NCBI RefSeq assembly: GCF_001194135.2
Contig: NC_068986.1
Coordinates: 95,612,614 to 95,676,613, forward strand
Reading direction: 5' to 3'
Source: Octopus bimaculoides
Lineage: Eukaryota
DNA: 64,000 nt
Position numbers and translations under genes: made by a program. The notes below the pieces were generated by a model that did no database searches, had not been told where the DNA came from, and saw nothing but the letters and a program-made list of their open reading frames with translations. This document shows positions 36,881-50,776 of the stretch, one piece after another (the stretch's first letter is position 1; the number at the start of each line of letters is the position of its first letter).

Positions 36881-38269
36881 AAATGACACACTAACAATAC
36901 TGGACTATATATATTTAACACACTTAACATATGTATGTAGTTGAAAAGTCAAAGGCTGCAGTTTTAGTCTGGGAAAAATTCTTTTATAGACACATTGGGT
37001 AAAAAATAAACACAATATGCTTCAATGATGATGATGATGATGCTTCACAATATACTTCAGAGCAAGGCAAAACAAAATCACCCCGAAGTGGCTATGAGAG
37101 TATCAGACACATATTTTACTGTTCTCAATATCACATATTCATGTCACTTCCAAAATGAAACTGAATCAGCTCGAGTGAATGATACACAGATAGTGTATAA
37201 ACTATATACCAGTTTGCAAAGGCACCAAATAAGCAGAATAAAATTTGTATCATGCATTACTAGAAGCTCAATAGTAAAAACTTTATCAATATAACAAATA
37301 TAACTTGAATAATGTACACATGCAGTTGTAAAGCCAGAAGCTGCAGTTTTTTTTTTTTTTTTGAGGGGGCAGGGAAATCCCTTTATAGATGTATTGTGTT
37401 AAAAACACCACAGTATACTTTAGAGTGTGGTGAAATAAAATCACCTAAGAAGTAACTGTTTCAAAAGTGATACAAGTACAAGAAATTCAGAAGCCATGAC
37501 AATGGTGAAAAGGGTATCTGTTGCTCTTGCAGTCACTTCTGAGCCAATTTTGTTTCACCTAGCTCTGAAGTATATTGTGATTTTTTTAACACAATACATC
37601 CAACACAACACTTGTTGTCATCTGTTTTGTGAACTTCAGTTCCCTAATATCATCTTTCACAATTTTTGCCCATGTCTTCTGCTGTGTTTCTTTTACACTG
37701 GATCTTTGCACATGAATTCTGTAGCATTTCTTCCCTACCTGTTATCGTTCATGCAAATTTCATGCCCACATAAATGTGGCTGTCACTCTGGCACATTAAA
37801 AATGATTCCCCTTATACTCAGTTTTCCTCTTAGATCATCTACATTCATTGCTTAACCTTAGTAACATTGCATATTCAGAAGCTCATGCTTGCCTCATTTC
37901 TTTCCAACCTTCATCATCTACAGTTAGTGTCCAGATCCCTCTACTGTATAGCATCACAGTTCATACAAATGAATAATTTACCATCCATTGGGAGAGAGAA
38001 TTTCCTTGTTGTCATCAAAAGCTACATTATGCTTTCAGTATATCATTTCCAACTGGTGATTAGATCACCTAAGTGAGTGACAGAAGCTAGTAATTACTTC
38101 TATAGAGTCCACTGAACTCTATAGAAGTAGTTACCTATATATATATAAGATACAGAAATAAATTTATTTCTCAAATGCATGATAATGCTATAAATAGCGT
38201 GATCAGGATAAATTATCCATTTATTGCAGAAAAATACGTTACTGACCAGCCATGAGACTCGAACTCATG

Positions 38270-38385
38270 ATAACGATGATGATGATAACGATGATTATGA
38301 GGATGATGACAATGATGATGATGATGATGATGAGGATGATGATGTTGATGACAATGATGATGATGATGGTTCTGATGATGGTGAT
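38270..38385. repeat. Degenerate (GAT)n microsatellite
   Basis: Direct reading. Confidence 0.9.
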
Positions 38386-38543
38386 CTCAGTTGATCAAAA
38401 TTTTTCAACTCACTATACTACATTTGTGAAATTCTATCACATATATCTTTACCTTTGGCCACATTGTAAATATTGCAAGGCATTCTCTCTGTCACTCTTT
38501 TAGTGATTCTGCCAATCCAATAACAAATAAGAGATAAGTATTT

Positions 38544-38950
38544 CAGGAGTGGCTGTGTGATAAGTAGCTTGTTTACCAACCACATGGTTCCGGGTTCAGT
38601 TCCACTGCGTGGCATCTTGGGCAAGTGTCTTCTTCTATAGCCTCGGGCCAACCAAAGCTTTGTGAGTGGATTTGGTAGACGGAAACTGAAAGAAGCCCAT
38701 CGTATATATGTATATATATATGTGTGTATTTATGTTTGTGTGTCTGTGTTTGTCTCCCCCCCCCCCAGCATCGCTTGACAACTGATGCTGGTGTGTTTAC
38801 GTCCCCGTAACTTAGTGTTTTGGCAAAAGAGACCAATAGAATAAGTACTAGGCTTACAAAGAATAAGTCCTGGGGTCGATTTGCTCAACTAAAGGCAGTG
38901 CTCCAGCATGGCCACAGTCAAAATGACTGAAAGAAGTAAAAGAGTAAAAG
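38544..38950 (+). mobile_element. Full-length CORE-type SINE
   Basis: Same architecture as 29088-29496. Confidence 0.9.
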
Positions 38951-40296
38951 TGTAGTGCCTGATCATCACCACCATTACTACTACTGCTGCTGCTACTACT
39001 ACTACTATTACTACTACCACTGCCACTACTACTACCACCACCGCCACCACTTTCACTACTACTACTGTCTTTGGAACAACATTCATGCAGAAAAAAGTAA
39101 GATAAGAGGTGGTTTGCAAGAAATAACAGACAAAACTCCCTCAACACCACACCTTGCTTGTTAAATATAGAAGGATACACGGAACTGTGTAATCCTTGTT
39201 GCATAAATAGATAGGATGGTCAAGACTTGAATACCTTGGATCATAAGTCAGCTGAATCCATTAAGAATAAGCCGAACTTAAACACAAGGAACTCACCAAA
39301 ACATGGTGAAAAGAGAGTATGACAGAGAGGGGGAGAACGAAAGAGAGAGAGGAGGAGAGTAAGAGAGAGATGAAAGTGAAAGCGAGAGGGGAAGTGAGAG
39401 AGAGTGTGTGTTTGTGACATCTGCTTTTACTTTCTTAAGTGAGGCGGGATTAAATACAGGATTCACAGTGCAAAGGTCTTACATGTGGTTTGTCATTGGT
39501 TGTTACTTGTTCTGTTTCGTTTTGTGTTGGTTTGTTTAGAACTGATGAACAGTTGGTGGGTGTTGCGGTATGGTGGTGGAGTGGGAGAGACTTGCTGTCG
39601 CAGAGAGAACGAGTGGTAGCAGGGTAGGCGGGAAACAGACAGGATGGATTATAAGTGATGCTAAATAATCCCTTGTGTCTCCTATTATATATGAATTAAT
39701 TACTGCCGCAAGTACAACCACAGCCACAACCACAATCATCACCACCACGGCTACAACCACAACTGTGATAATTACAACAACACTTACAAAGAGAGCATGA
39801 AAGAAAATAAAAGTTCATGAAACAATAATGTGTGCATGTGTGTACATTTATGCATGTGCGTATGTGTCTATATGCATATCTTTATACACTTTAGTACAGA
39901 CATGTTGCAGTATTTTAAGCAGATAAAACTTGACACGCTGTCTCTCTCTCTCTCTCTCTGTGCGTGCGTGCGTGTGTATGTGCGTATTTGTATACACACA
40001 CACACACATATACATACATATATATCCTTTTATTCTTTTATATGCTTCAGCCCTGCGGCTGTGGCCATGCTGGAGCACCGCATATGCAAACACACGCACA
40101 CATACATACATACAGTGTGAGCAGATTAGGAGGCAGGTGCAGATGTAAAACAAAGCTTTTAGTCTTTTGTTTCTTCTTTCTTTTCTTTGTTTTAACTACA
40201 GACGTCTGGTTTGTTTTAAAAGTCCAAATTGCATGTTTTGTTCTGTCAATCTCTCTGCCTATCTTATCCATCCATGTATCTGTCTATAATAACTTC

Positions 40297-40339
40297 CATC
40301 ATCATCATCATCGTCATCATCATCATCATCGTCATCATC

Positions 40340-40371
<32 letters not shown>

Positions 40372-40411
40372 CACCACCACCACTGCCACCGTCATCGTCA
40401 TCGTCGTCATC
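40297..40411. repeat. (CAT/CAC/CGT)n microsatellite
   Basis: Direct reading; source of the poly-His pseudo-ORF. Confidence 0.95.
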
Positions 40412-41708
40412 TTAACATCTACATTTCCATGCCTGCAGAGATATGAAGGAGTTTTGCTGAGGCGAAGTATTCTGCAGCCAGATGCCCTTCATGTCACCAA
40501 CCCTCACCTCTTTGCAAATAAGGTAATATTTCCTCATCACCTGACATGTTTTCGCTGATGAATAAAGGAAACTACTTATATGACAGTAACATTTATTCAC
40601 CACTATCCCATGATGTCAAGCCAAAGAGAGAGTAACATGCACGTGCACGCATATTTTATATATATAAATGTGTGTGTGTGTGTGTATCACCATCATCATC
40701 ATTGTTATCACCGTTTAACATTCACTTTCCATGTTGGCATGGGTTGATATATATATATATATATATATATATANNNNNNNNNNNNNNNNNNNNNNNNNNN
40801 NNNNNNNNNNNNNNNNNNNNNNNNNNNNNNNNNNNNNNNNNNNNNNNNNNNNNNNNNNNNNNNNNNNNNNNNNNNNNNNNNNNNNNNNNNNNNNNNNNNN
40901 NNNNNNNNNNNNNNNNNNNNNNNNNNNNNNNNNNNNNNNNNNNNNNNNNNNNNNNNNNNNNNNNNNNNNNNNNNNNNNNNNNNNNNNNNNNNNNNNNNNN
41001 NNNNNNNNNNNNNNNNNNNNNNNNNNNNNNNNNNNNNNNNNNNNNNNNNNNNNNNNNNNNNNNNNNNNNNNNNNNNNNNNNNNNNNNNNNNNNNNNNNNN
41101 NNNNNNNNNNNNNNNNNNNNNNNNNNNNNNNNNNNNNNNNNNNNNNNNNNNNNNNNNNNNNNNNNNNNNNNNNNNNNNNNNNNNNNNNNNNNNNNNNNNN
41201 NNNNNNNNNNNNNNNNNNNNNNNNNNNNNNNNCAGAGAGTGTAGTGGGTGCTTTTACGTGTCACCCGCACGAAAACGGCCACGCTCGAAATGGTGTCTTT
41301 TATGTGCCACCCGCACAAGCCAGTCCAGGGGCACTGGCAACGATCTCGCTCGAAAATCCTACAGGAGCCAGTCAGGCGGTACTGGCAACGGCCACGCTCA
41401 AAATGGTGCATCTCAGGATATTTTTTTAATATCCCTTCATCGGAGATGGTGTGAGAAAATGGTTAAGCAATAGTTAATTTAGATAAGATATGAAATAGAG
41501 AGTGAAGTGGAGGAATGAAAATAGATGTGAGATATGCAGGGATATTGCATTTGTGGATCCATTATTTAGGCAGAATGGTAAATAGTGCCCTTGTCTATAG
41601 AAGGCACTTACCCAAAGTGTCACACAGTGGGACTAAACCCTGAACCATGTGATTGGGAAGCAAGCTTCTTACCATGCAGCTATGCCTATGCCTATATACA
41701 TATATATG

Positions 41709-41742
<34 letters not shown>

Positions 41743-43133
41743 NNNNNNNNNNNNNNNNNNNNNNNNNNNNNNNNNNNNNNNNNNNNNNNNNNNNNNNNNN
41801 NNNNNNNNNNNNNNNNNNNNNNNNNNNNNNNNNGAGGGGAGTTTGTATACACACACACACGTACACACACACACATATATACATACAGACATATCTATAC
41901 CCTTTTAATTGTTATATATATATGTATACACACACAGATACATACATATGATACATATGTATATATATAGGTAAGTAAAGTTCAGGTAAAAACCTTATAG
42001 AATGCTCTGCAAAGCTGAGCCAGTTATTGGCTATGTGATGTCATGATGCAGTGGAAATGCTGGTGGATATATATGTAATTTTTGAGAATCACATTTGAAA
42101 ACAGACTCATACACATCAATACACGTCCTTAGACATCAGAAAGATCAGAAATGCAACAAGAACTAAAAATATATAGGTCAAATGAAAGAAGCTCATGGAA
42201 AAAGGACACACGAAAAAAAATTAATGAAACTTGAGTAAATCAAAATAAAAGAAAATCAGCATAAAATATTCTCTATAGCTTCTTCACAATCTGCTGGAAT
42301 GGCTGTCTTCCTGATATATTTATACACCACATAGTGAAAGAGAAGAAATTATTGAAATTAGTCATGACTCATTTTATCTCATCTTAAACTGAAAATTGTA
42401 AAATTAGACATTAGTGTGGGAGAAAATTGACTCGAAATCCAACAGAGAAAAGAATATTGATTGTTAAACACTGAAAATTTTTCAGATGTTTTATTAGCAA
42501 CNNNNNNNNNNNNNNNNNNNNNNNNNNNNNNNNNNNNNNNNNNNNNNNNNNNNNNNNNNNNNNNNNNNNNNNNNNNNNNNNNNNNNNNNNNNNNNNNNNN
42601 NNNNNNNNNNNNNNNNNNNNNNNNNNNNNNNNNNNNNNNNNNNNNNNNNNNNNNNNNNNNNNNNNNNNNNNNNNNNNNNNNNNNNNNNNNNNNNNNNNNN
42701 NNNNNNNNNNNNNNNNNNNNNNNNNNNNNNNNNNNNNNNNNNNNNNNNNNNNNNNNNNNNNNNNNNNNNNNNNNNNNNNNNNNNNNNNNNNNNNNNNNNN
42801 NNNNNNNNNNNNNNNNNNNNNNNNNNNNNNNNNNNNNNNNNNNNNNNNNNNNNNNNNNNNNNNNNNNNNNNNNNNNNNNNNNNNNNNNNNNNNNNNNNNN
42901 NNNNNNNNNNNNNNNNNNNNNNNNNNNNNNNNNNNNNNNNNNNNNNNNNNNNNNNNNNNNNNNNNNNNNNNNNNNNNNNNNNNNNNNNNNNNNNNNNNNN
43001 NNNNNNNNNNNNNNNNNNNNNNNNNNNNNNNNNNNNNNNNNNNNNNNNNNNNNNNNNNNNNNNNNNNNNNNNNNNNNNNNNNNNNNNNNNNNNNNNNNNN
43101 NNNNNNNNNNNNNNNNNNNNNNNNNNNNNNNNN

Positions 43134-43182
<49 letters not shown>

Positions 43183-43205
43183 GATATATATATATATACA
43201 TTCAT

Positions 43206-43258
<53 letters not shown>

Positions 43259-43986
43259 CGAGGGCTGTCATTAAAGATTTTCCTGACCCACTTGTGTTTA
43301 TTGCAAGAAATGCACATTTAAAATAATATTACCATGAGAACCAGAAATGAAATCAAAAGCTTCAGCTTCAAGCAGTCATTTCTGCATATTGTTTACAAAG
43401 GATTTTAAATGAAAGAACGTAAGGATAAGTGTGTCCTTCAAACTTGCATTTCATATTTCAAAAGAAAACCAGGCCTGGTTTACCAGCCGGTGATTGGAAA
43501 CGAATAGTTGGAAATCATAATCCTTCAGTTATAATTTTGAAAGAATACTCTACAATTGTTTGAGTTCTGTAATTTATCAATTTTGGTGAATCATCAATGA
43601 TTTGTGTGTGTGTGTGCGTGCGCATGTATTTTATGAAGGGATAAAAGTGCTAATAAAGAATTAACCAAAATTCTGACTGCCTCTTTTTTCTTAATATACA
43701 ATATCTCTACATCATTTCAAACATTTAATACATATATGTGTATGTATGTGTGTGTGTGTATGCATATATGTGTTGCCCCAACTCTTCAAAATGCTTAGTT
43801 TTAGAATGGTGGCAGCTGATGAAGGATATGTTCTCTATGTGGCCTGTGTGTTTTCTGCACTCTGTTTATCATTTTTCAACATCCTGTACCCAGATATGCA
43901 TCTATATATACATGTAGATGTAGGTATGTATATATGCATATACTCATGTATTATTTGTATTATATATATATATATATATATATATA

Positions 43987-45040
43987 TCTATATATATAAA
44001 AATGAGAATGTGTGTCTGTCTGTGTGAATCCCTAAAACTCGAGAACTACGCAACCAATTTCATTCAAATTTTACACATGCCTTACTTAGGCTTCCAGTTG
44101 TGTTTTAGTCAAAAAAAAAATTTTAACTTCTTCCAGAGTTCGAGCCCACAGCAACATAATATCTCCTACACTATTTAAGTATTACGTGTCAAAAGTGAAA
44201 CAAAAACGCTCATGTNNNNNNNNNNNNNNNNNNNNNNNNNNNNNNNNNNNNNNNNNNNNNNNNNNNNNNNNNNNNNNNNNNNNNNNNNNNNNNNNNNNNN
44301 NNNNNNNNNNNNNNNNNNNNNNNNNNNNNNNNNNNNNNNNNNNNNNNNNNNNNNNNNNNNNNNNNNNNNNNNNNNNNNNNNNNNNNNNNNNNNNNNNNNN
44401 NNNNNNNNNNNNNNNNNNNNNNNNNNNNNNNNNNNNNNNNNNNNNNNNNNNNNNNNNNNNNNNNNNNNNNNNNNNNNNNNNNNNNNNNNNNNNNNNNNNN
44501 NNNNNNNNNNNNNNNNNNNNNNNNNNNNNNNNNNNNNNNNNNNNNNNNNNNNNNNNNNNNNNNNNNNNNNNNNNNNNNNNNNNNNNNNNNNNNNNNNNNN
44601 NNNNNNNNNNNNNNNNNNNNNNNNNNNNNNNNNNNNNNNNNNNNNNNNNNNNNNNNNNNNNNNNNNNNNNNNNNNNNNNNNNNNNNNNNNNNNNNNNNNN
44701 NNNNNNNNNNNNNNNNNNNNNNNNNNNNNNNNNNNNNNNNNNNNNNNNNNNNNNNNNNNNNNNNNNNNNNNNNNNNNNNNNNNNNNNNNNNNNNNNNNNN
44801 NNNNNNNNNNNNNNNNNNNNNNNNNNNNNNNNNNNNNNNNNNNNNNNNNNNNNNNNNNNNNNNNNNNNNNNNNNNNNNNNNNNNNNNNNNNNNNNNNNNN
44901 NNNNNNNNNNNNNNNNNNNNNNNTATTAATGTAGAAATATGGTATCGTAGCTACTAACAGTTGAGGGTTGCATAGTCTAGACAGCGTTTTTAGATTTCAT
45001 TATTCTCTTTAACCTGGGCAAAGCCGGGTATTTCTGCTAG
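43987..45040 (+). mobile_element. Non-autonomous Helitron (interior partly in N-gap)
   Basis: 5' A|TCTATATATATAAAA; 3' hairpin cctgggcaaagccggg, then tatttctg CTAG|T. Assumes both ends belong to one element across the gap. Confidence 0.75.
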
Positions 45041-45401
45041 TATATATATACAGATTTATATCCTAAAACCAAGGTGCCACGTAAAAAAACATTAGTGTGG
45101 GTGCTGGTGCCACTTAAAAAGCACTGGTGTTGGTGCAATGTAAAAAGCACCCAGTACACTCTAGAATGGTTAGGAAAAGCATCCAACCATAGAAACCAAG
45201 CCAAAACAGACTATGGAACCTGGTGCGGCCCCTGGCCTTGCCAGTTCCAGTCAAGCTGTCCAACCCATACCAGCATGGAAAACAGACATTAAATGTTGAT
45301 GATGATGGGGATATATATATATATATATATAACACTATCTGTATCACATCCTCACGTTGTTTTTTGTTATTGTTTTTTATCTTTTTCCTTTTTTTTGAAC
45401 T

Positions 45402-45432
<31 letters not shown>

Positions 45433-45503
45433 TATTTAACATTCGCTTCTCCTTGCTTGCATGGGTTATATGGACGTTTTTTAGGCAGATACCCTCCATA
45501 TTG

Positions 45504-45736
45504 AAGGCGGTGAGCTGGCAGAAATGTTAGCACACCGGGCGAAATACTTAGCGGTATTTTGTCTGTTGCTACGTTCTGAGTTCAAATCCGCTGTGGCCTA
45601 CTTAGCTTTTCATCCTTTTGGGGGTCGATTAAATAAGTGCCAGTTACGCACTGAGGTCGATGTAATTGACTTAATCCCTTTGTCTCTCCTTGTTTGTCCC
45701 CTCTATGTTTAGCCCTTTGTGGGCAATAAAGAAATA
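45504..45736 (+). mobile_element. Full-length SINE (family of 942-1378) with 17-bp TSD
   Basis: TSD agataccctccatattg (45487-45503) / agatacccttcatattg (45737-45753); head ggcggtgagctggcagaa..gttctgagttcaaatcc. Confidence 0.9.
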
Positions 45737-46009
45737 AGATACCCTTCATATTGCCAACCTTCACCTGTTTCCAAGTGTGGTAGGAAACAAAGGATACTGC
45801 CTGCATGTTAGGACATTCATTTACAACTATCAAGGCAAAGAGACAGTAATGTACACACATATGCATGTATACATATATATATTCTTTTATTCTTTTATTT
45901 GTTTCAGTCATTTGACTGCGGCTATGCTGGAGCACTGCCTTTAGTCAAACAAATCGACCCCAGGACTTATTATTTGTAAACCTAGTACTTACGTTTTATC
46001 CTGTGTGAT

Positions 46010-46475
46010 AAGTCTACAGAAAAAGTCCTCCTTGTTTTCTTGGCACATTGCCAAAAGAGCCTGAAAGCAATTGACTTGTTACCGCTTCTGAAAAAGTGTG
46101 AGCATCTGGGAATCCATCATGCAGACAACTTCCACATGTGCAAATGGTCATGAATGATTTTTTTCCACTGACCCTACACTTACCTTCACTTCTTGGGCTT
46201 GTTGCTGAATAGTTATGCAGCGATCCTCCAACATGGCAGCTTCCACTTTATAAGATGGTGTTGTCATCAATGGCAGAGTGTGGTCATCGTCCAGGAATAG
46301 GAGCAGTTTCCACTGATGTCTGACCATATTTGAACTGATGATGTCAGTAATTGACTTCTTCGTATGATGGTGCATCATCACCATAAACCTCTTTCATATC
46401 ATTGAAAGTCTCTTTTGGTGTACAACCTTTCAAGTATAAGAATCTGATCACAGATCTTCATTTAGCTGCCTCCAT
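46010..46475 (-). mobile_element. Mariner transposase N-terminal relic
   Basis: MEAAK*RSVIRFLYL..TPKETFNDMKEVYGDDAPSY....HHQFKYGQTSVETAPIPGR (HTH region). Confidence 0.75.
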
Positions 46476-47858
46476 TATAATACCTTAGTCCACTTATGAA
46501 TACTAATGGAAAGCTGCAATTTACAATGTGACATGTAGAGACACGTATGATTATACCTGTACAAGTACATTTAAAATAAACTCTATATAATCAAAGTCAT
46601 GAGGCTGTATTGCTGTTTAAGCAATATTCCAAAATAATACGTCCAAAAGTAATAATACTTCCAAAAGTAATACTTTCAATTAATACTTTTAATTAATGTA
46701 AAATTTCTTCCAACCACTCATATTTTCTAAAATTTTTACCTGAATATTTTCAAAAAATGTACTTTTGAAGTAGTTTTTCTATCCATATATTTAATAATTG
46801 TTTGACTCAACTCCACATTACTTACAATTTCATCGGTGTAGAACATATTCACATCATATTCAGAGACAGAATGCTGGAGATTTTATCTCCAAATATCTGA
46901 TGATGTGGATATGTTCTATGCCTATGAAACTTTAAGCAATGTGGGGCTGAGTCATGAAACTGTTATCAAATATATATGAGATAATAGATAAAGGTCCTTT
47001 CTGAGTCATATAGACTCATAGAGCCAGATTCCCAATTACCATGGTGTATATATTCTCCACCAGAATGGGACGCAGGATTACTTATTTCTGCCAGCTCAGT
47101 GGACTGGAGCAACATGAAATGAAGTGTTTTGCTCAAGAAAACAATGTGTCATCCAGTCCAGAGATCAAAACCACAATCTTATGATCATGAGTTCAACACC
47201 CTAACCATTAAGCCAAGCTTCCCCACTATTGAAAATAACTCTTAATCAAATGTGTTGGATGCAATATTCTTTCATTTGTTTCACTCAGATATGGCTGTGT
47301 GGTTAAGAAGTTTGCTTTCCAAACATCATAGTTTGAAGTTCACTTCCACTGTAAGGTACCTTGGGTAAGTAGCTTCTACTATAATCCTGGGGCAACCAAA
47401 ACTTTGTGAATAGATTTGGTAGACAGAAAGTGAACAAAGTCCATTTCATATTAGTGTCTGTGAGTGTTTATGTCACTTTGTTTTGATATCATATGACTGG
47501 TCAACAAGTGTCCCTATCATATAAGTGGTGTCTTTGTTTCTAGTCTTGCATGAAAACATGTTCATCAACAGGGAAATATTAGCTTGCTTGGAAATAGGTA
47601 AGAGTCACGACATGAAAGGCATATAACCATAGAAAATCTGCCTCAATGACACATGCAAGCATAGAAAAGTGGATGTTAAAGCAATAATGATGATGATGAT
47701 GTTATATATATATATAGGCATACATACACATGTATAAACACACACACATTTCTTCCTGATATTTGTTTATAAGAAGAGAGTGCTCATATATAAAGTACTT
47801 GATACTTCAGCAAGTAGAGTGTGCTATATATAATTCTAATTAGGTGGGTTTTAGACAG

Positions 47859-47911
<53 letters not shown>

Positions 47912-48200
47912 CACATATTTATATATATGCATCTATAATGAAGAGCATATGAATTTTCTACATTATAATATATGGGGGCATAAAGTGTGCAACACGGGGG
48001 AGCTAATTAATTTGGGTCTCAAAATATACAACACACACTACTTTCTGTAGTATTATGGCCATTTTTTTTTTTTTTTTGTAACTGTGAACCTAATTCTTAT
48101 GAACAATCATACAGCAATATTAATCTGCTCCCAGTGTTGAGGACCACTGTACAAATTTTGAATATGTATATGTCTTTATAAAACTCACCTAACACATGCA

Positions 48201-48263
<63 letters not shown>

Positions 48264-49223
48264 NNNNNNNNNNNNNNNNNNNNNNNNNNNNNNNNNNNNN
48301 NNNNNNNNNNNNNNNNNNNNNNNNNNNNNNNNNNNNNNNNNNNNNNNNNNNNNNNNNNNNNNNNNNNNNNNNNNNNNNNNNNNNNNNNNNNNNNNNNNNN
48401 NNNNNNNNNNNNNNNNNNNNNNNNNNNNNNNNNNNNNNNNNNNNNNNNNNNNNNNNNNNNNNNNNNNNNNNNNNNNNNNNNNNNNNNNNNNNNNNNNNNN
48501 NNNNNNNNNNNNNNNNNNNNNNNNNNNNNNNNNNNNNNNNNNNNNNNNNNNNNNNNNNNNNNNNNNNNNNNNNNNNNNNNNNNNNNNNNNNNNNNNNNNN
48601 NNNNNNNNNNNNNNNNNNNNNNNNNNNNNNNNNNNNNNNNNNNNNNNNNNNNNNNNNNNNNNNNNNNNNNNNNNNNNNNNNNNNNNNNNNNNNNNNNNNN
48701 NNNNNNNNNNNNNNNNNNNNNNNNNNNNNNNNNNNNNNNNNNNNNNNNNNNNNNNNNNNNNNNNNNNNNNNNNNNNNNNNNNNNNNNNNNNNNNNNNNNN
48801 NNNNNNNNNNNNNNNNNNNNNNNNNNNNNNNNNNNNNNNNNNNNNNNNNNNNNNNNNNNNNNNNNNNNNNNNNNNNNNNNNNNNNNNNNNNNNNNNNNNN
48901 NNNNNNNNNNNNNNNNNNNNNNNNNNNNNNNNNNNNNNNNNNNNNNNNNNNNNNNNNNNNNNNNNNNNNNNNNNNNNNNNNNNNNNNNNNNNNNNNNNNN
49001 NNNNNNNNNNNNNNNNNNNNNNNNNNNNNNNNNNNNNNNNNNNNNNNNNNNNNNNNNNNNNNNNNNNNNNNNNNNNNNNNNNNNNNNNNNNNNNNNNNNN
49101 NNNNNNNNNNNNNNNNNNNNNNNNNNNNNNNNNNNNNNNNNNNNNNNNNNNNNNNNNNNNNNNNNNNNNNNNNNNNNNNNNNNNNNNNNNNNNNNNNNNN
49201 NNNNNNNNNNNNNNNNNNNNNNN

Positions 49224-49490
49224 NGAACATCTGCCACATACAAAAACTAACTTTGTAGTTAATCTGCCTTTGATATTGCTGCACCTCTTATGTGTCCATA
49301 GCTTGCACCGGGTACATCTTATAGAGTTACTACCTACTCCTTTACTGCATACTGAGCAGGGCCATCTACCTGAAGGGGTTTGTGTTTTATCTACCTTCCT
49401 ACTTATTAGGATTTTGGTTTTTGCTAGGTTGACTCTAAGGCCCTTCGATTCTAGTCCTTGCTTCCACACCTTAAACTTCTCCTCTAGTTC
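49224..49490 (-). mobile_element. RTE LINE RT fragment containing a PHD (C4HC3) finger
   Basis: ELEEKFKVWKQGLESKGLRVNLAKTK, then CSVC-x10-CTRC-x4-H-x2-C-x14-CGRC. Confidence 0.85.
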
Positions 49491-49879
49491 TGATATATAT
49501 AGCATTTTTCTTGTTTAGTGAGTAAGATTGCTAGAAACCCATCAGGACAAAACACAATACTTGTCAAAAGGATGGATGAATCCAACATGGGTNNNNNNNN
49601 NNNNNNNNNNNNNNNNNNNNNNNNNNNNNNNNNNNNNNNNNNNNNNNNNNNNNNNNNNNNNNNNNNNNNNNNNNNNNNNNNNNNNNNNNNNNNNNNNNNN
49701 NNNNNNNNNNNNNNNNNNNNNNNTAAATTGCTTAACTTCATAAGTAATAATTTTTTTTTTTTGATGTTTCTGTGCTCTTTTAGGAAGACAAAGACAAAAT
49801 TGACAGTTTGGATAAGTTAAAGATTCTTTGGTTCATGCAGGCAATTATTTCATGTTGAATCATCCAACCCATGCTAGCA

Positions 49880-50205
49880 CAGAAACTGGGATGGCTGGCA
49901 CGTAAAAAGCACCAACCGATCGTGGCTGATGCCAGTACCCCTTGACTGGCCCTTGTGCCGATGGCACATAAAAAGCAGCATCTGAAAGTGATCGATGCCA
50001 GGCCTGCCTGACTGACTCCTGTGCTGGTGGCATGCAAAAAGCACCCACTACACTCTTGGAGTGGTTGGCGTTAGGAAGAGCATCCAGCTGTATAAACATC
50101 GCCAGATCAGATTGGAGCCTGGTGCAGCCACTGGCTCTCCAGGCCTTAGTCAAGCCGTCCAACCCATGCCAGTATGGAAAGCAGTTGTTAAACGATGATG
50201 ATGAT
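49880..50205 (+). mobile_element. RTE-related 3' UTR, divergent subfamily
   Basis: gccagt..actggc..ggcac(a/g)taaaaagca subrepeats, the same conserved block, gat tail. Confidence 0.7.
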
Positions 50206-50429
50206 ATATGTATCATCATCATCAACATTCAATGTCAATTTTCCATGCTAGCATGGGTTGGATGGCTTGACAGGAACTGGCAAGGCCAGGGGCTGCACCA
50301 GGTTCCACAGTCTGATTTGGCTTGGTTTCTACAGCTGGATGCCCATCATAACACCAACCATTTTACGGAGTGTAGTGGGTGCTTTTTATTTGGCACCAGC
50401 ACCACATATGTGTGTATATATATTCTGAA

Positions 50430-50776
50430 CATAAGAAGCATCAGTTGTGGTGTGCAAGAGAGACAATTGCGCTGGTATGGACATGTGGTGAGAATGAATG
50501 AGGATAGCTGTGTGAAAAAGTGCCACACCCTAACAGTTGAAGGAACCCGTGGAAGAGGTAGGCCCAGGAAGACCTGGGCTGAGGTGGTGAGGCAAGACCT
50601 TCGAACATTGGGCCTCACCGAGGCGATGACTACTGACCGAGACCTTTGGAAATGTGCTGTGCGTGAGAAGACCCGGCAAGTCAAGTGAGATCGTTGCCAG
50701 TGCCCCTGGACTGGCTCTTGTGTGGGTGGCACATAAGATGCACCATTTTGAGCGTGACCGTTGCCAGTACCGCCTG
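50430..50776 (+). mobile_element. RTE LINE ORF2 C-terminus plus start of 3' UTR
   Basis: QLRWYGHVVRMNEDSCVKKC....GTRGRGRPRKTW..VVRQDL; TGA at 50686-50688 runs directly into the subrepeat UTR. Confidence 0.9.

Noticed and set aside
38055-38091. Helitron 3' end (hairpin then CTAG|T)
   Set aside because: The hairpin is short, not GC-rich and far from CTAG; no matching 5' TC end found.
39964-40558. Poly-His / poly-Ile ORFs
   Set aside because: Translations of a (CAT)n microsatellite.
43466-43481. 16-bp perfect palindrome aaaccaggcctggttt
   Set aside because: Isolated and short, with no supporting context.
43817-43860. CUGAUGA hammerhead start (also near 40556 and 53794)
   Set aside because: No properly placed stem II/GAAA/NUH and stem I pairing.
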